A stretch of DNA of 32,328 nucleotides from Rotaria socialis. Taxonomy: Eukaryota. Under the pieces are notes generated by a model. It was not told the DNA's origin, ran no database searches, and was given only the letters and a program-made list of their open reading frames with translations. The translations under genes were made by a program, and so were the position numbers. The DNA lies in NCBI GenBank assembly GCA_905331295.1, contig CAJNYD010000268.1, positions 1 to 32,328 of the forward strand, given 5' to 3'. Of this stretch, positions 13,243 to 27,807 are shown in pieces; positions within the stretch are counted from its first letter, which is position 1, and each line of letters begins with the position of its first letter.

Positions 13243-14981
13243 CTCGTCTTGTTTCCTTAGGAAATCGGAAAGGGTAACAAAACATTTTTCTTTTATGGCA
13301 ACGACAATACGGAAATAATAATCGAAAAAACTCGTTTGTATAGAACACTAATTGAGAGGTTACTATTGCGATTTTTAAAATTTTTATTGTAATCAAAGCA
13401 TGTTTTCATAATGGATCATTCAAGTTGAGTACAACAAGGCAAAAACCAACACCAAAGTTTAATGAAACCAATTAAAAAATTCTTGCTTTCTAAAACTATC
13501 GATTGATTTACTATCTAAATTATGAATGCTTCGAATTATTAGGAGCTTTCATCTTTATCAACGGATAAGATTAGTATTGGTTTTAAAACAGATCTAGCTG
13601 CAACAATCGGTCAAATTTTCTTATGCTACTATGTCGATAGCAGTAATGTTCCCATCTAGTTGATTCAAATAGTATTATATGTTAGAATAATTTTTTATGT
13701 TATCAGTATAATCTTTATATCTTATAGTGCTTGGTAAGCTGACAAAGTGCTATGTTGAAAAAGGAATTCATTTGTTTTATTTATTTGTCTTTTGTTAAGC
13801 GAATAGAAAACGCCATAGAAGAGTCTCTACGTGATTTTTTGTTACAAGGATAAAACTTGTTTGCGTATAAGATCCAATGTCAAATATCATATAGATACAG
13901 TTTATACAAAAATCATTAACCATATAATCATATTATTAAACTTTACTAGATGATTTTCAATAGAAATGACATGAATGATAAAGAACATACATACTATTCA
14001 CTGATTGAACAAAATCATAATGAAAACAAGTATAAAGCTACATGATCTTGTGTTTCATAATTATAAACAGATAAACAACGAGAAGGAATTAGTTATCTTC
14101 GAATTGCATCCTCTTGAACTTCACCGATGAAGAAAAAAAGATCTGCTATTACTTTGATTTAATGATTAATCTGTTCGTCTTTCGGGTAATTGTTCATCGA
14201 ACTGACTGAACTTATTTATTATTCCATTAAAGCACTTGTCATTGTGATGACGTCAAACTATATTGTTACTAATCGTGGTAATTAAATATGAGTGACGAAG
14301 TTCACTGGTTCATCAAAATTTTCTTGGATCACAATGATTTATATTTCATGAATTTTCTCCAACACCATGAAAAGTATAGTTCCACATGAAAAATTAACTA
14401 CAAAAAATATCAATAGGATCTTCAGAAAATTATTTCAGCAATTCGACAAACTCGATAGAATTTTCCATGATCTAGAAGATATGTTTAAGTTTATGGAGCT
14501 ATTTCTTTCAGTGTGGAACTATTTTATTTCTCGAATAATAACAAAAAGTCTTCTAGCTGATTGAAAATTAAGAAAAAAAAACAAACATAGAAAATCATAA
14601 AAGATCCTAGATGCCTCTACAGCCAATAGGGATTTGATAATTTGTTTTCTCAATTCAATGGGTTATAATTAATACATTTAATGAATGTAATCAATTGTGA
14701 TTTTTCATTGACCTTAATTATTTAGATTATCATAACATTCTTTGATGAGTTTAGCTTATAATCTCTGAGAGATTTTCATTAAGATCATTCAACTTGGTTA
14801 TTATTTAATAATTCAGGCTAAAAGAACTGTAGACATAGGCGAACAATATAGTTTTCTTCTTTGAAAGACTTTTTATTATACAAAAAAAAAAGAATAGAAA
14901 ATTATCAACTATTAATTACTGTTTGAATTTTTTTAATTAAAAAAAAATTGAACAATTAAATAAGAAGACTAGAACATTAAA

Positions 14982-17900
14982 TTATGTCCATGATTCAACA
15001 AAATCTTCAAGCACACTTGTTTCAATATCATTTATTGTATCTGGTGATAAAACTTGATCATTTCTCACATATAAATTCTCGTTAAGATGAATGCGACCTA
15101 AAAATTTGAAAAATGGAAATAATTCGATGATAGTTGATATGGTTCGTAAACGAAGTAAAGGAGGATTTGAATTGCTGTCGATTATTGGCAAATGATCATG
15201 TAGCGGTGTTGTTGTTGATGTTAGTTTTCGTTCAAATAATTTAAATAGTCGTATTGAAAAAGCAATAAATATATCAAGATTTGAATCGGAATTATCTGTA
15301 TCATGATCAGCAACAAACGCAGAACGAAATCTATGAAATAAATGTTTCAAAAACTACATAGAAATAGAAATATACTTACAGTTGAAAATGATACAATCCT
15401 GAGTAGGACATTATCAGAAGAATATCAAGTAATTTACACGCATATAAATACATTTTTAGAGAAGGATTTGTATCAGACGATCCATTTGAAATATTTGTTA
15501 GTGTTAAATCATTTGTAGTCATTTGTTGAACGTTTGATCTAAATAAGGATCTTGGTGGAAAACGTCGAAAAGGAAAATGGCGAAAGAGAAAAATGGCGAA
15601 AGTGTAAGTAATTTATGAGAAAGAGATGTAGATGAAAATTTGAAAGAAAAATGTCGGAACGACGAATTCATAGCCTTGATCCATAATGAATACTGTTTTA
15701 ATAATAATAAAAAAGAAGAGAGAGAATATAGAAAATATAATAAACGTTATTTTTTCTCTCTCCAATTAATAATGATAAACCTGATCGTAATAGTTTTGCT
15801 TCTAATTGATTAGGATTTGCAGAATGATTATGAATACCATTGATACATATAAGTTCGTCAGTAGTGTTTGTATGAATATAAACACCACAGTCTGATTCAC
15901 TACACATCCAGTATATTTTTGATTTTGTCGTTTTATTGCATCTGAAAACGTAGTTTTTAAATATTAGTAATCGCTTGCCTTTGTTTGATATCGAAAACGT
16001 TATTTGACATTGTAGATTGTTAAGTGAGCATTTTTCAGGTGTCGAGTTCGAGATCATTTAAAATATATGTATTTCTTTCCACAAAATTTTCTTTATTCAA
16101 TGTAAAATACAATATGCCGGACGAAGAGAGACCAATGAAAACAAAAAAAAATCAATTTTACAACTGACCTTTTTCAATATATTCGACATTTTTCTTTCAC
16201 AATCTACTGGATATTTTTATTTCTGTGTTTCGACGTTTTCCTCTTCGATATTTTCCTTTTCGACATTTTCCACCAACCCCAAATATTTCAACAATCAAAC
16301 AGAAATTCTATTGTTGAAATAATTAGTTTTTCAAGATAAATCTCAACTTTTAACAGTTAACACTTAAGTTGAAACTTGAACTAAACGTCTTATACAATCG
16401 AGAAAAATGAAGCAACATTAGAAAACAACGAATTCTAAACACAGAAACTTATACAACAAGAAAGAAATTTGATTTAATTGCTCAGATCAATAAATATGTA
16501 CTGTTCCCAACTGAAAAAATTCTATAAAGTTCGAAGCGAAACTAATTGAATCAAAAATTTTGAAAAGCTTTTACTTAAATTTACTTATTTTTAATCATTG
16601 CTTGTCATCGCAGAATATAACAGTCAGTAATTCAACTATTACTCACTTGACATCGCCTTCAATATTGAACGAAAGATCTTGTTCAATCTGTAATAAAATT
16701 TGTACCAGTTCTGCAATAAATATTGGCCAAAATGAAATCAAATTTTTATTGGATATTCTTAATAGTAGGACGCGGAAAAAGAGATACAACTGTGTATATA
16801 ATATTGGTATTTGTGGTAGTTTAAGTAAATCAATAATGAATTCAAGTATTTCTGGTAAATATTGATTGCAAAGATCTTTATCCGACGCATAGATAACGAA
16901 AGCAAAACGTTTAATAAGCATTGCACGTTGTTCATATTCTTGTTCTTTTGAAACTAATAAACCTGTTTGAACTGTATTTATTTTATTCATAATATCCCGA
17001 AATGATATTGATTTCTCATCTGTGATCATATTATTGATAATTATTTTCCATGAAGTTAATGCTGATAAATCGACTTGAAAAAATCCTATGTCAAATAATT
17101 GTTCAAATACTTCTTTTCTCCATGTTTTTCTCGTATATGAATATTGTGATATATTCATAAGTAGAGTTGATGCTGAACGATACGATGGTGCACTTGATGC
17201 CACGTGTATACGAACATATGGCATAACATTATTTACAAGATTTTGTAAATAAGTTCCTATAATACGATCCTTTTCATCGGTTATATGATAAACAATATCC
17301 AATAATTTTGCTGAATATTCACTTAGAATTGTCAATGCCATGAAACTTGAAGTTATAGACGGTGAATTCTCTATAGGAAGCAATATTTAGTTTAGTTTTC
17401 TTTTCACGAAGAAAAATTTTTCAATAAACTAACCATCAAAATCTAAAAGACTTTTTTCAATACTTGGAGTACGATCGATCTCATAAGATGAATCAATAGT
17501 TGTTGGTTGAGTTCCTGGATCGGTTTGTGTCATACGTACTTGCAAATTTTTACGTAACCAATTTGTTTGTTCAAGTGATAAACCAACTATCGTAGTACAA
17601 TTGTCAAGCACTTTCATTATCGTATCCTGTTGAAGAAATGAAAAATATTTTATTGTACGTGTGGGAACATGTCCTTATTCAAATTTACATTTTCGATCTC
17701 AAAATAAGGCTTGAGAAAAAATCATTTAATTTATTGATTATTGAATTTTTATGAAATCTAATTACTTCTAGATCCATTCAAATTCCATGTCGAGCTCCAA
17801 TGAACTCTTCTATTCTGATATACTACTACATATTGTAATCAGGGGTGCAGAATCTGCCGAAAAAATACAAAATTTCCCCACACGGAAATTTTCTTTTCGG

Positions 17901-20900
17901 GAAATTTCCCCCACTATAAAATTGAATAATAAAGCAAGGAATTCTCGTTTAAGATGTAGGTATATCCTTAAAAAAATTGTCAATAGTCTATGACTTGTTC
18001 TTTCATAATTCTTGCCATTGATGTTCTAAGTTTCTCAAAAACCTACCGACTGTCTAAATATAACAGAAGCAGCTTATATACTTCATGTAAAGATTACAGA
18101 AAAAAATTGAATTTATCTATATGTACCAACAGGTGCTTCATATAACTCTTGTAGATTTAGCGTATCAACAAATCTAACACCACCTAAACTGCTTCGAATA
18201 AAAACAAAGCAACTCTGTAAACAGTCAATCTAGCTTTTTCATTCTTTTTAAGAAAATCTTCAATGTTTGTTGTCTTTCATTTTGTTCTTGTGCACATCAT
18301 GTATACAGTATGTGATTTGTTTAAAAAGTGTAATTCCACATTAGCTTTTAAACTTTGAAATCGGGGTGATAGAAGTTCATTTACTTTCTGTTTAATATGT
18401 TGAAATATCTCACATGAAATTTTATGACACCTAATAAATGTTTTGGTGGTTGTCTTTTCCAGATAGAACAAGGCATAATCGTGATTGTCTCTAAATTATT
18501 ATTGATTTTTAAACCTCTCAGTATCAAGAAATCATCTCAGTATTTGATAGAATCCAGTCATTATCACATCACCCACTTGTGCATATGATGATGATTCTCT
18601 GTTTTTTTTTCTACGTTAATATTGAAGGTGAAGTGGCAGTGCTGATTTATGGGTTTTGCTAAGCCAGGAGATTATAGAATGACATTTTCTTGCTGTTATT
18701 TTTCAAATTTATTAGCATCCTCATAATCACCACTGGTAATTGTTCTGCTACTTTCAGTTGTTTCTTTATCACAATGATATCTGGTTAAGTTATTTTTAGG
18801 AATCGTTAATTTAAATATTTCCTTATGGTGTTTTTTTTCTAATGTACGTTTACGTTATCTTTTCGTCCCACTCATCCACAATAAAAACATGATACCTGCT
18901 ATTTACTAGAATACATTTCTATTATTCAGACATGCTAAATATTCTAAAAACTAAGAGGAAGCGAAACAAAATGAGTGAAAAGAAAAGATTTGCGAGTGAC
19001 AAGGATCATATTATGCGTCATCTGTTCTATGATTGTAGATTAGTCATCATAGCGCTTGTATATGTATAGGAGTACACAATTACAACGATATGTAGCTATA
19101 GAGAAAAGACAACAACTAGTGGCATTCGGTTAGGGAAAAACAAAACGAAAAGAGGAGAAAACAAATAGCCGTTTTTGCATCATAGTTACGCCCAAGAAAC
19201 AGCGAAAGATAAACAGTAGTGCGACGCATCATCAGCGTCAAACAAAGAAGAATATACTGAAACCGTGAGTAAGAAATGGGTGATTCTTTCAAAATTTACA
19301 TAAAATAAAAGAAGAGAGATGCATGATATGATCGATGAACATATAAATAAAACAAGATTCGTTTGGAAAAATACTTGCCCCTGCACGCTTAGAAGAAAAA
19401 ATATTTTTCCAAAAATTTCCCCTGACACTTAGGTTTGCAAAATTTTCCCCACACGGCCGTACGCGCACACGGGTAGATTCTGCACCGCTGATTGTAATAG
19501 TCTTGATCTCGAGATCGAGACGTTTGTATATGTACATCATTAGTATGCTGCTTCATGTGCGAAAAACAAATTGGAACCATGTTTAAAACTTTTCTATGGT
19601 ACATACCCCTAAGTCATTTAAATCTTTTTTATCGATAAGAAATAGAGATTGTTTGAGATAATAATTCAATATTCTACAAAGAAAATAAATGAAATTAATT
19701 AAAAATTAACTTAAAGAACGTTCTTTATGAACCTAATCATCAAGAATGTAACTGATGATGACATTGTTTGTGATAAACATTCTTTAAACATAATGGTTAA
19801 TACTGGCCAACAATCAAAGCCAACAGTATTTTGATATTCGAAATAAGCTAAAAGAAGTTGAAGACACCAAATAACATAATTTTGTTTTTTCTGGAAGAAA
19901 TCGATTAAGAGACAAAGAAAATTTCTATACAAATAATTTTACTTTATGATTAGTTTTCGATAAGTATCGTATAAGTGTATTCATATTATAAATGATATCA
20001 TTGATTGCATAATTATTTATATTCATAAGAATATCGACCAAAGCTTCCATTTCATTAACATTGTTTGTTTGAATTGTTAAGAATTTTTGTTGTTGTTGTT
20101 GTTGTTTACATTCACCCCAGCACAATAGAATAGCACGAATAAATGCAACACCATTCGATTTTGTTAATGACGAAATAAATTGAATTATTTTCTCTCGAAT
20201 AACTTTTGTATTATTCAATGGCCATATTGAATACGTTCGACTCATTAATACTGTTTTCCATATACGCAAAATACTGAAAAGAACTAACGGCAGTTTATGT
20301 AACATCGATTGACGAACATCAGATGAATCATTTGAATTATTTTTAATCTAAATATAAAATAAAGTTTTCAAATCAAACATAATTCTTATTTACTTTTTCT
20401 ATCCAGTGTTGAGGACACAATGTTTCAGTAAAATGCTGTGTACTATTAACTGTACTACCAAGACAATAGTTGCATATGTATGAAATACGTTCAATTAAAC
20501 AAATAATATAATCGATTGGATCAAATGAAGATGATCGTCTAGAATAAAAGGATTGCCATATCATTTTCTATTTTCAAGATAATTCATCTATCTGATCTTT
20601 ACATAAAAACAGAATCGTAATGAAAATAATCCGCCGTAAAACAATAAAATTCTTTAGTATCTTCTATCTTCAGAGATCTAGAAAAAAACTGACCAACAAA
20701 GTATCTAAAGTGAACACTTTGTAACGTACTGCATATGTTCTGTAAGAATAGACGATTGTCAGCGAGATACGCTATGCTATTTATTTCTGTATTTAAAAAA
20801 AAGAATTTCTTTTGCTATCAATCAAGTTTTCGTTAGTTTTCTCACTGTTTTAAAATCACAATGTCATTTACCTGTAAAAAAGAAAGGCAGACGGACTACA

Positions 20901-23900
20901 CCATTGCCTAAAAGATTCATATTTTAGTAAGCGTTAAATCTTACTTGAACGTTATTGTAGTTTCCTGTTGACTGTAGCACTGTGCAACAAAATTTAAATT
21001 TTGACAGAGCTGCTCAATCACTCGAATGCTTGTTGTTTTTAATGCTGAACCACAATGAGGTAATATTTTTACAACAAAACATATTATATAGGGATGAATT
21101 TCCATGCAATCGATTTGTTTTAAACACTGTAAAATAGTTGAAAGAAAAACAGTTTGATTAACAGTTAATTGGTCGTTTAGATTTGAATTTGTTGAATGAA
21201 AAATATTTTCAAGTAAAATTATTTCTTCGAATAATCGGATTAATTTTTTTAAATAATCTTTTGTTAGTTGATCATTTAAGGACTCATTTTTAAAATCATT
21301 CATTAATTTTGTTTTAGATAGATTCGAATCTTTATCAATAAACCTATTAAATAATGTTAAAACTATCTTTTGAAATGAAAGCTTTTCGAATAAATTCATT
21401 ATATAATTTATTAACACTTTATTATCCATACAAAGACAAGATAGATCATGGCAAACATGTGTTAATAACATTAATGAACGTACATGTATGAGACGATTTT
21501 TTTCAATATCATAACCTTTTGGATAGTAACTGTATGTATAAATTAAAAGTATATTTAATAATAAATATAAATAGGATTGACACTCTTGACTATTTTGATT
21601 AGTTAAACCAAATTCTTTTCCTTCAATGGAACGACAGTGTTTAAAAAATAGTTCATGCATTTGTTTATTATGTATACTAATTGGTGATGATTGAAGATTT
21701 GACGATATTAATAAAGCCTGAGTAAGTTGTTGCATAAGAAGATCAAACAAACTGTCGATTATATCTAACGATAACATTACACGATCATGATCATAAGTTT
21801 GAGTGTAAAGTAATATATAAGCGTATGGAAAGTTTTTTGAATCATCGAATTGCGATGCATTATATTCACTCATGAGATTACTATTTGACATAGAATGTGA
21901 TTGAAATGAATGATTCATAATTGTATTTGATGTATCGATTTGAGGGATATTGTTATTTGATTCCGATAGAGTATTATTTCGATTGAATATATTTGGCATG
22001 GTCGGTGCACGTTGTTTAACTGATTTTAACAATGCTGGAGGCGAAAATGAAAGAATATTAGAAAGAATTGGTTGCGATAAACTTGTTATTATTGGAAATT
22101 TTATATTCTGAGGTGAAGATTTTGCATGATTAACAGATTCACTAGAATTTATAGAACTGATTGTACGAATCTATTAATAGTAATGAGAAAAAAAAATATA
22201 GTTTATAATATATTTCGATATAATTTGTTATTACTCGTTTATCTTTGTGAGTCTCTTCTACATAAGCGTCATCATCATACATATATTCATCCTCATAATT
22301 TTCATCATCAAAGACAACAGATGGACTAATTTCGCTGTTATCATTATTCTTATTTGAATTGATTAGTATTTGATCGTTTGTATTCAGTTTTTGATTAAGA
22401 AATAATTCTTTATTATGAATGATTGAATCAAATCTTTGCATACTAACTCGTGCTGTATCTGAATCCAAAAGCATGATAAGAAGTGTATCGAATATTCGGC
22501 ACATATCTCCTAGAAAATAGCTTTTAATACATCGGACTCGTTGCTTTCAACTACTTACCATGAATAAAACAATCATACGTCCATTGTTGTACGATGGATC
22601 TTAACTCATAATTCTTTGATTCTTTAAGAGTTCTTAAGACAAAAATTAAACAACGTTGAAATGATTTTGTAATAGGTTCATTTTTTAGATGAGGTATATC
22701 ACGAGTTGAATTCCATAGTTTAAAAAAATGTTTATATTCATCAATCCCATTTGCGTCGAGTTCAGTTTGTGAACTCTTTATTAATGATAATTGATTATAG
22801 ATTAAATCTTCACACAAGTCAGTTGGTAACATTGAATGTAGTATTGATAATAAATGTGAAGCTTTTAAATTATATTCTCGACCATATTTATCATTTAAAT
22901 ATTCCCAAAAATATGAAATTATATATTGAAAAAAATCAGTTTCATTTAGAAGTGCTAATATTTGTTCTTGCGTAAATGATGCAACTGTTAATAGGCTATT
23001 TTCTGTAGTATCTATTGATGTCGATATGTTTGTTGAAGCAGATAAACTTAATCTGTAACCAAATAATTCAATTAAAACAGACACTGCAATTGTTCGAAGA
23101 GAGAAATGATCATTTACACACAAAGATAGAATATATAGATCCATTGCCCAGTCTTCAAATTTTATTTTACCTAAAAGAAAGAAAACAATAGAAATTAATT
23201 TGCTTTTGATTATTTTAATATGATTTTCATCAAATATATTTTCTTTACGAATCATAGGAAGATATATAATTATAGTGAAAATATCTGTGAATCTAAGAAA
23301 GGTGTTTTTAAATTGGAAAAAATATTTTTTTGTGATCATATTTAGAAATCAGAGAAAAAAGAAAATGAAGAACCAAAAAGCAATTAGAATTGGAATAAGA
23401 TTATTTGTAAATAGACGAACAAAAAATTATATTTTCAGTGGCTAGTATAAAATCGCTTTACGACTTGAGCATAGATTTCGATCTTATTTAAATCTGTAAC
23501 GCTATAAATATAAATCTACTGGTTTGCTGTAGAAATAAAATGACATGTCAGTTGTATCTTATTATTACAATTATTCTATTTAACAGACGCTCTCTAGAAT
23601 TGTATGAGATCAATCGATTGGAATAATGCAGTAATTTCTACCTTTTGATAAAAATGATTTATCATTCAAAGAAGATTCCGTTGGATAACAAGAAAATTCA
23701 GTTAGTAATCTACAACAATCTTCAAAAGCTGTTACATATTGATCAACATTATCATTTAATTTTAATTGAAATTGAAATTCATTTAATTGTCGACATCGAT
23801 TAAAATATGATGAAAGGTTGCCATTGGTTTTATGTTGTATAACCGAATAAATACTTTGAAATTTATCATTTATCAATCCTTGATTTTGATCAATTATATG

Positions 23901-26900
23901 GGTGATAATAAACCGATGAAAAAATTGTTTATATAATTCTATTGTTTTTTCTATGTAATTCATTGATTCTGACATTGTGTTCGTTGATAGTCGACTTTGG
24001 TGTTTACTGGTCAATCGATTATCTAACTTGTCTAACTGTTTTTCAATTTTACATACCATTTGATTAAGTAGTTTTTGAATAACATCTAACTGTTCTTGTT
24101 GAACCATTAAATTTAGATTCTCTACGCAACTTATATTATTTGAACATAATAATTTATTATAAATATCTATTGAATATTCATTATCATCTTCAGTATCACA
24201 ATCGTCATCAAACATTTTATCTAGATTAGTACTTGAACGACGAAATATAGATAAATGAGGGTATGCGTTAGTGGAAACAGTACTTTTAAAAAGTTTTAAT
24301 AATAACTCAAGAGACACTGTGATTTGGTTTGATGTGAATTTCTCAATATTATCATTCATTATTTGTATCAGATGACAAAGCATTTCAAAAAGATGTGTAG
24401 ATTGAGTGCCAAGAGAATTTTCTAATGAAAATATATCTAATAACATATCGATAACACCACATATTTGGTTAAGAGAAGGTCTAGCTGAAGGAAAACTGTC
24501 AAAGTGTTGTGGATTGATACTAATATCGAAATGTTTTGTTAAATATTCCCATATAAAATATGGTTCCAACGTATCTATAAGCACATTAAAAGTCTTCCAT
24601 GCATCAGAATAATGATCATCGTATTGGTTAGTAGTAGATTTTAATTGTTTATTTGGACGGTATACTTGTTCATAAACAACAAGTGTATAATTAATGAAAA
24701 TATATTCAATAATATTCGGGCCGATATCTGATTTATCGACTAAAACAAAAGAAATTCATTTCGAAAAATTACATGACAGAAGTTATGGTTTAGCTTAGAC
24801 TAGATCTCTAAATTCCATACAGTTTAGCAGTTTTATAAAAATCGAAATCGTAAAAAATTAATATTTGAACTCTCAGGAGAATTGACCTTCATTTTATCCC
24901 CAGGTTTTCTGTATTTTAAATATGTATAGTGTAACATGGTGATCGTTTTAAAAAAATCGTAGTACTTCACTATTTAGTAATCGTATCTTTGTGATTCATC
25001 GAAAAATTAATCTTGAATAGTAAAGTACCTTTTAGCTTTTGAAATTTTTCTATATCAATTTTATTCAGTAGATATTAATGAATATTTTTCAAATGAATGA
25101 TAGAGTTTGCTTTAAAAAAGCTATTCAGCGCAGTCCCTTTGGGGCTAAAATGTGGAACTCACGTACATCCTTGAAGCCTCGATAAACCAGTAAAAATGTA
25201 TAAAATGAAAAATTTATCAGACTACTGATTTTTAAAAATAATTGATCATCACAGTAAAATCTCTATCATTTATTTTTACATTTTCAAAAGATTATTGTAT
25301 TTTGGTTGGCATCCTTTTTTCCCTTTGCATTTTTTCTTCTAATTAATTTTTAATGTCTGTAATGTGGGGGAGGGAGAGCCGCAAAATTCTGCCCCTTAAA
25401 TTTACACTCACTATTTTCTTCAAAAATATACGCGAGTTCCACAAACGTAGTTTCTTGTAGAGAGTCATTCCATTCACTTGGGCATAATTGATCGTTAAAA
25501 ATTGTATTTTACTACTTACTAAGAATAAGAAGTACGCGAATTAATTTAGTTAATGTCCACGTAAATGATGGTAATGAATCCATAGTATTTTTAGGTACTT
25601 TACTAACTGTGCCATCTGTTTTAGCAACCATTAATATTGGTTGCAGAGATATTATTTCCAGTAAATTTTTCAATGATGCTACAAGAAGCTCTCTTGTATA
25701 CGTAAGAAAGTAAGGTGACGAATCAATTGAACCATTAACTTGATAGTGTTCATCATTTCTAGTATTATCTCCGTCTAATTGATTTGCACCAAAAAACCAC
25801 GTATAAATACGCCGACTTAATGGCATATCACGTTGCAGTAAAATACGTAATGTCCCGGCAATTAATTTGATCATATGTTTTTCTGTTAATTGTTTTTTAT
25901 GCATTGGCAAACAAGTAAGAAGAAAATCAAGAATTGAACGTTGAACTAATGCTTGCCGACTATCATAAAGACATGTACAAATAGCAGATACCTAATGCAA
26001 AATAAAAAAATAATCATTTCCTTCATTGTTCTGCATACATATTTGGATAGTTTTTACCATTGTTTCAGCCGATAAGCCTATTAAATAGATTTGATCATTC
26101 ATATTTTTTCTTTTATCAAAATGATTTAAAATGAATATTATTGCTGAAAAGCGTACCGTTGCAATCGAATGTATGGCTGACCATATACAATCATAAAAGT
26201 AAAATTCATCGATTCGTTCTGCTAAATTATTAAGCAATCGAATGACTCTATCGTAGTAATCAGCGCCTTCTTCCAATGCTGAAAATAGTCCAATTAGAAA
26301 TCCTGTCAACACTGGATTAAGTGCTTCACCAAGAGGTAAAAAATATGTTTCATATAATGCTAATAAAGTGGGTTTAACAGGTAACGCAGCAACAGATAAC
26401 AACGAAAATAACCCATATGAATATAGAATAAGATCACGTTGTAGATTATTTTTATCTATTATTCGAAAAATTGTTTCATAGACTTCAATAGTTTTTAAAT
26501 GAACACCTGCTGGTAATGCTGGATGAAGACATTGAGCAAGACGTTTTGATAAAGTTATACGTTTTGGTATTGATTTAAATTGCGAATATTGTTCTATCGT
26601 CTGTGAAAACGAATGTTTTGGTTACCTTTTTTTGCAGCAAAGAATTTTTCAAGAAAGAACCCACATGAATCATTGCGAGACTTAAACATTTATTCTCTGC
26701 AAAAGCTTCAGAAGTATCACCATTTCTATGATATTTTTAAAATAAATGCCATCGCTTTTATAAAAAAATACCATAGAAGAAATGATTTTTCAATTTGAAA
26801 TTGCATAGCTTGAACAGGAATTAATATTCTATGAGCTATATATATATGTTGTCTCAGTACTCATTTCCTGAGATATCTACAGATGAGAATCGAAGCAAAT

Positions 26901-27740
26901 AAAACGATTCGAGCTTTTATTATAAGCCAGTTTCGCGAAGATCTCTCTTTATCTCAATTTTTAAGTTAAAATTTGAAAATCAATTTTCTGTTCTTTCTGT
27001 GGGTGACTCTGAAATTCATTGATAAAATAATGTCAATTTGCATCAGTCAGTTACCAACATGAACTATAGTCAAAGCGTTCATAGCTCGTTTGGGTTGACA
27101 TAAATAGTTGATGGAGTTTCACCCTATAAATGATGTGTCAGTCGGTGATCTTCTTTAAATGTGACATCATTTGACGAATAAAACATCCTAAAGAACTTGA
27201 GGATGTTTCCTTTTCCATAATAGTGACTCATCTAACAGCAATGAAATTTTCAAATTCTATTCATACTTGTATTAGATATAGTTACCGTTCTATATCGCAC
27301 GATACATGTTTGCTGATAGAAGAATATTTTGAATCCTAATTTTGTGTTTTTTCCAAGTTATCGATTTTACAATTCATTTTCTTTTTTACGAAAATGAAAC
27401 AAATTATTCTGTTCGATATTTTATCGCGTTCAATGTAAGAAATAGCTTGTAAAGTGGATTCATATCAAGCTAGTTGATCTTCTGTTTTATTACACTCGCA
27501 GTTCTGCTTCTTAATAGCATAAGCAAAAAGCAATCGTCTTTTTATAAGCAATTTGATATTTTATAAGCATGAAATTCTTCGATACAATCTTACTTTTTTA
27601 ACTTTAACTAAATTAGTGATGAGGTCAGCCCATTCAACCGATGACTCAAAATGTTTAAGAGCTTTTTCAATCGCTACAATAAAATTTTTATATCGACTAT
27701 CGTTTCCTAACATCACTTCATCATCCAACATTAAACTCAT
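14982..27740 (-). CDS. DOP1: Protein Dopey (DOP1 family), about 2190 aa, 15 exons: 27740-27594, 26600-26058, 25991-25520, 24739-23642, 23170-22559, 22509-22235, 22170-20945, 20538-20394, 20347-19943, 19890-19733, 19673-19607, 17626-17434, 17370-16647, 15538-15380, 15330-14982
   Basis: Dopey N-terminal motifs EKALKHFESSVEWADLI, KRLAQCLHPALPAGVHLK and LQRDMPLSRRIYTW. C-terminal motifs LEQTNWLRKNLQV, YSYTRKTWRKEVFE, EYEQRAMLIKRFAF, FFRVLLLRIS..SFWP and YLYACKLLD. Exon lengths sum to 6573 nt with matching phases. Confidence 0.95.
15548..16280 (-). mobile_element. Non-autonomous MULE derivative in a Dopey intron, carrying only a FLYWCH-domain ORF (16057-15698)
   Basis: TIRs TTGGTGGAAAACGTCGAAAAGGAAAAT and ATTTTCCTTTTCGACATTTTCCACCAA. 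Internal SNKGKRLLIFKNYVF..YWMC..C..HT..HNH is a FLYWCH finger. No DDE domain and no clean TSD. Confidence 0.85.
17840..19490. mobile_element. hAT-like non-autonomous DNA transposon in a Dopey intron
   Basis: TIR CAGGGGTGCAGAATCTGCC versus the reverse complement of the right end CAGCGGTGCAGAATCTACC. Perfect 8-bp TSD ATTGTAAT (17832-17839 and 19491-19498). Subterminal TTCCCCACACGG motif near both ends. Confidence 0.92.
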
Positions 27741-27807
27741 CTTTTTCAATCTGAAATATTTGCGAAATTATCAACAAAATGTTATATCAAGAAAAATAAA
27801 TAAATAT

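Noticed and set aside
19186..19604. Three overlapping minus-strand ORFs
   Set aside because: They span the transposon end and intron with no protein-like motifs.
17627..19732. Apparent frameshift in Dopey between exons at 19733 and 17626
   Set aside because: Resolved by a 67-bp exon at 19673-19607 (ILNYYLKQSLFLIDKKDLNDLG) missing from the ORF track.
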